A stretch of 64,000 nt of DNA. Origin: the human T2T-CHM13v2.0 reference genome, Homo sapiens. The stretch lies in assembly GCF_009914755.1 (NCBI RefSeq), contig NC_060927.1; one strand, 5' to 3'. Under the pieces are notes generated by a model. That model saw only the letters and a program-made list of their open reading frames with translations. It was not told the origin of the DNA and ran no database searches. The first letter of the stretch is position 1. The number at the start of each line of letters is the position of its first letter. Position numbers and translations under genes: made by a program. Below, piece by piece: positions 62,427 through 64,000 of the stretch.

Positions 62427-62805
62427 TGATCTGGTTTGAATCTGTGTCCGTGCCCAAATCTCATGTTGAATTGTAATCCCAGTGTTTGAGGAGGCGCCAG
62501 GTTGGAGGTGATTGGATCATGGGGGCAGACTTCCCTCTTGCTGTTCTTGTGACAGTGAGTTCTCATGAGATCTGACTGTTTAAAAGTATATGGCACATCC
62601 CCCCTCACTCTCTTGCTCTTGCTCCAGCCATGTAAGATGTGACTCCTTCCTCTTTGCCTTACACCATGATCTTAAGTTTCCAGAGGTCTCCCAAGCTACG
62701 CTTCCTGTACAGTCTGCAGAACCGTGAGCCAATTAAACCTCTTTTCTCTACAAATTATCCAGTCTCAGGCAGTTCTTTATAGCAAGGCAAGAACAGACTA
62801 ATATG
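62427..62805 (+). mobile_element. MSTA-type MaLR solo LTR with 5-bp TSD
   Basis: tgatctggtttgaatctgtgtcc...ccaattaaacctcttttc...cagtctcaggcagttctttatagca...gactaata; TSD gacat at 62422-62426 and 62806-62810. Confidence 0.9.
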
Positions 62806-64000
62806 GACATTAAGATTTATTAGACACCTTCTACATACCATGCACAGTCCTGGGCCCTACACAGGTTATTTTACCTAATCCTCACAATAACCCTGGCAAG
62901 GCCAACACTGTTATTCACATGTTACAGTGGGAAAGCTAAAAGTCATAGAAAGTTGATTAATTGTCTGAAATATGGGGTCAGGTCCAGAATTCAAATCTAG
63001 TTTAGCTCACTCCAAATCCAAAGCTCTCTTCATGACTTTTTTTAGGATGATGAATCCACAAAATGAACTTATGAGGACAATTCATATTCTTGAAGTGTTA
63101 AAAACAGGTAAGATAACATCATTTAGGGCCACCCACAGTCTAAGTCAGGGGCATCCCTGCTGTTTGTTCCTTGTTGATCATGACCCCATTTGAAATACTA
63201 GTTAACAAATAGAGCTGGGGAAAGAGAAACTGAGGAAAGTGAGGCCTATGTTCAAGTGTTTGAAGAACTTGAGTATTGTGTGTGTGCAAGAGATTCACAC
63301 TAAGAACAAGATATCCTGTGTGTGTAGAGGCAAACTTGGATGCCTCTCTTCCACCCATGGAATAGATTACATCGCAAAATGAGGAAGTGGTTTTCCCACC
63401 ATCAGAGACTTTCCACTCAAGATCAGGAGCAATACCATGGGAAGTGGGTTTCAAGAAATCAGACAGGTATTCTATAAAATGATTAAGGTCAGCATTGCTG
63501 GGGGTGGAGAGTGAATCAAAATCATTATAGGCTGCATCCAAGGCAATACTTGGGAAAACTTTTGTTCATTTTAAAGGACATAAAAAAGGGAAAATAAGGA
63601 ATCATGAATCAACAATGAAACTGATTGCTGGGGATGTGGGAGAAATGACAGAAGGATGGAAGATTCAAGGAGATAGTCACGGAAAGCACATCTTTACTAA
63701 CCCGGAAAGAAAGCACAGAGCTAAACACTTCTATATGGCATCAAATGTGTATTGTAAAGGCTGGCATAATTGATTAAATAAGTAGATTTTTAACACATGG
63801 TTGAAAACCTAAATGATAATGTTCCTCTGAGTTGTGGTATTTGAGAATAAGAAAAAGAAAACATATTAACCTATTAAGTTGTATGTGAGGAAAGCTCCCC
63901 TGGAAAGGCCAGGGTAAAAAGCTACTAGGTTGTTCGTCAAAACTACAGTGGATTCTATGGAAGATGGTCATTGACTCTTTTGGATTCTTGTGTAGGAAAG

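Overview
Primate (most likely human) genomic DNA from the FGF12 (FHF1) locus, which is transcribed on the minus strand. Two coding exons are readable. The A-isoform first coding exon (52098-51900, [18 protein letters not shown]...RRRP) lies in a ~2.3 kb CpG island. The next exon (4417-4307, 111 nt, [37 protein letters not shown]) follows a 47,482-nt intron and joins in frame at phase 1. The rest is AT-rich intron containing Alu, L1, L2, L3, MIR, MaLR LTR and hAT/Tigger fossils plus microsatellites; the other ORFs in the track look spurious. I found no convincing new gene system. The main unexplained structure is a 164-bp, 92%-identical, gap-free inverted repeat (26248-26411 vs 27430-27593) in sequence I do not recognise as a repeat family. 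Other leads are an inverted L1PA pair near the coding exon, a possible L1 3' transduction, a three-frame uATG cluster upstream of the FGF12A start, a possible poison microexon and a sense-strand (GAAA)n tract. Repeat subfamily names and the boundaries of old elements were assigned by eye and are approximate.
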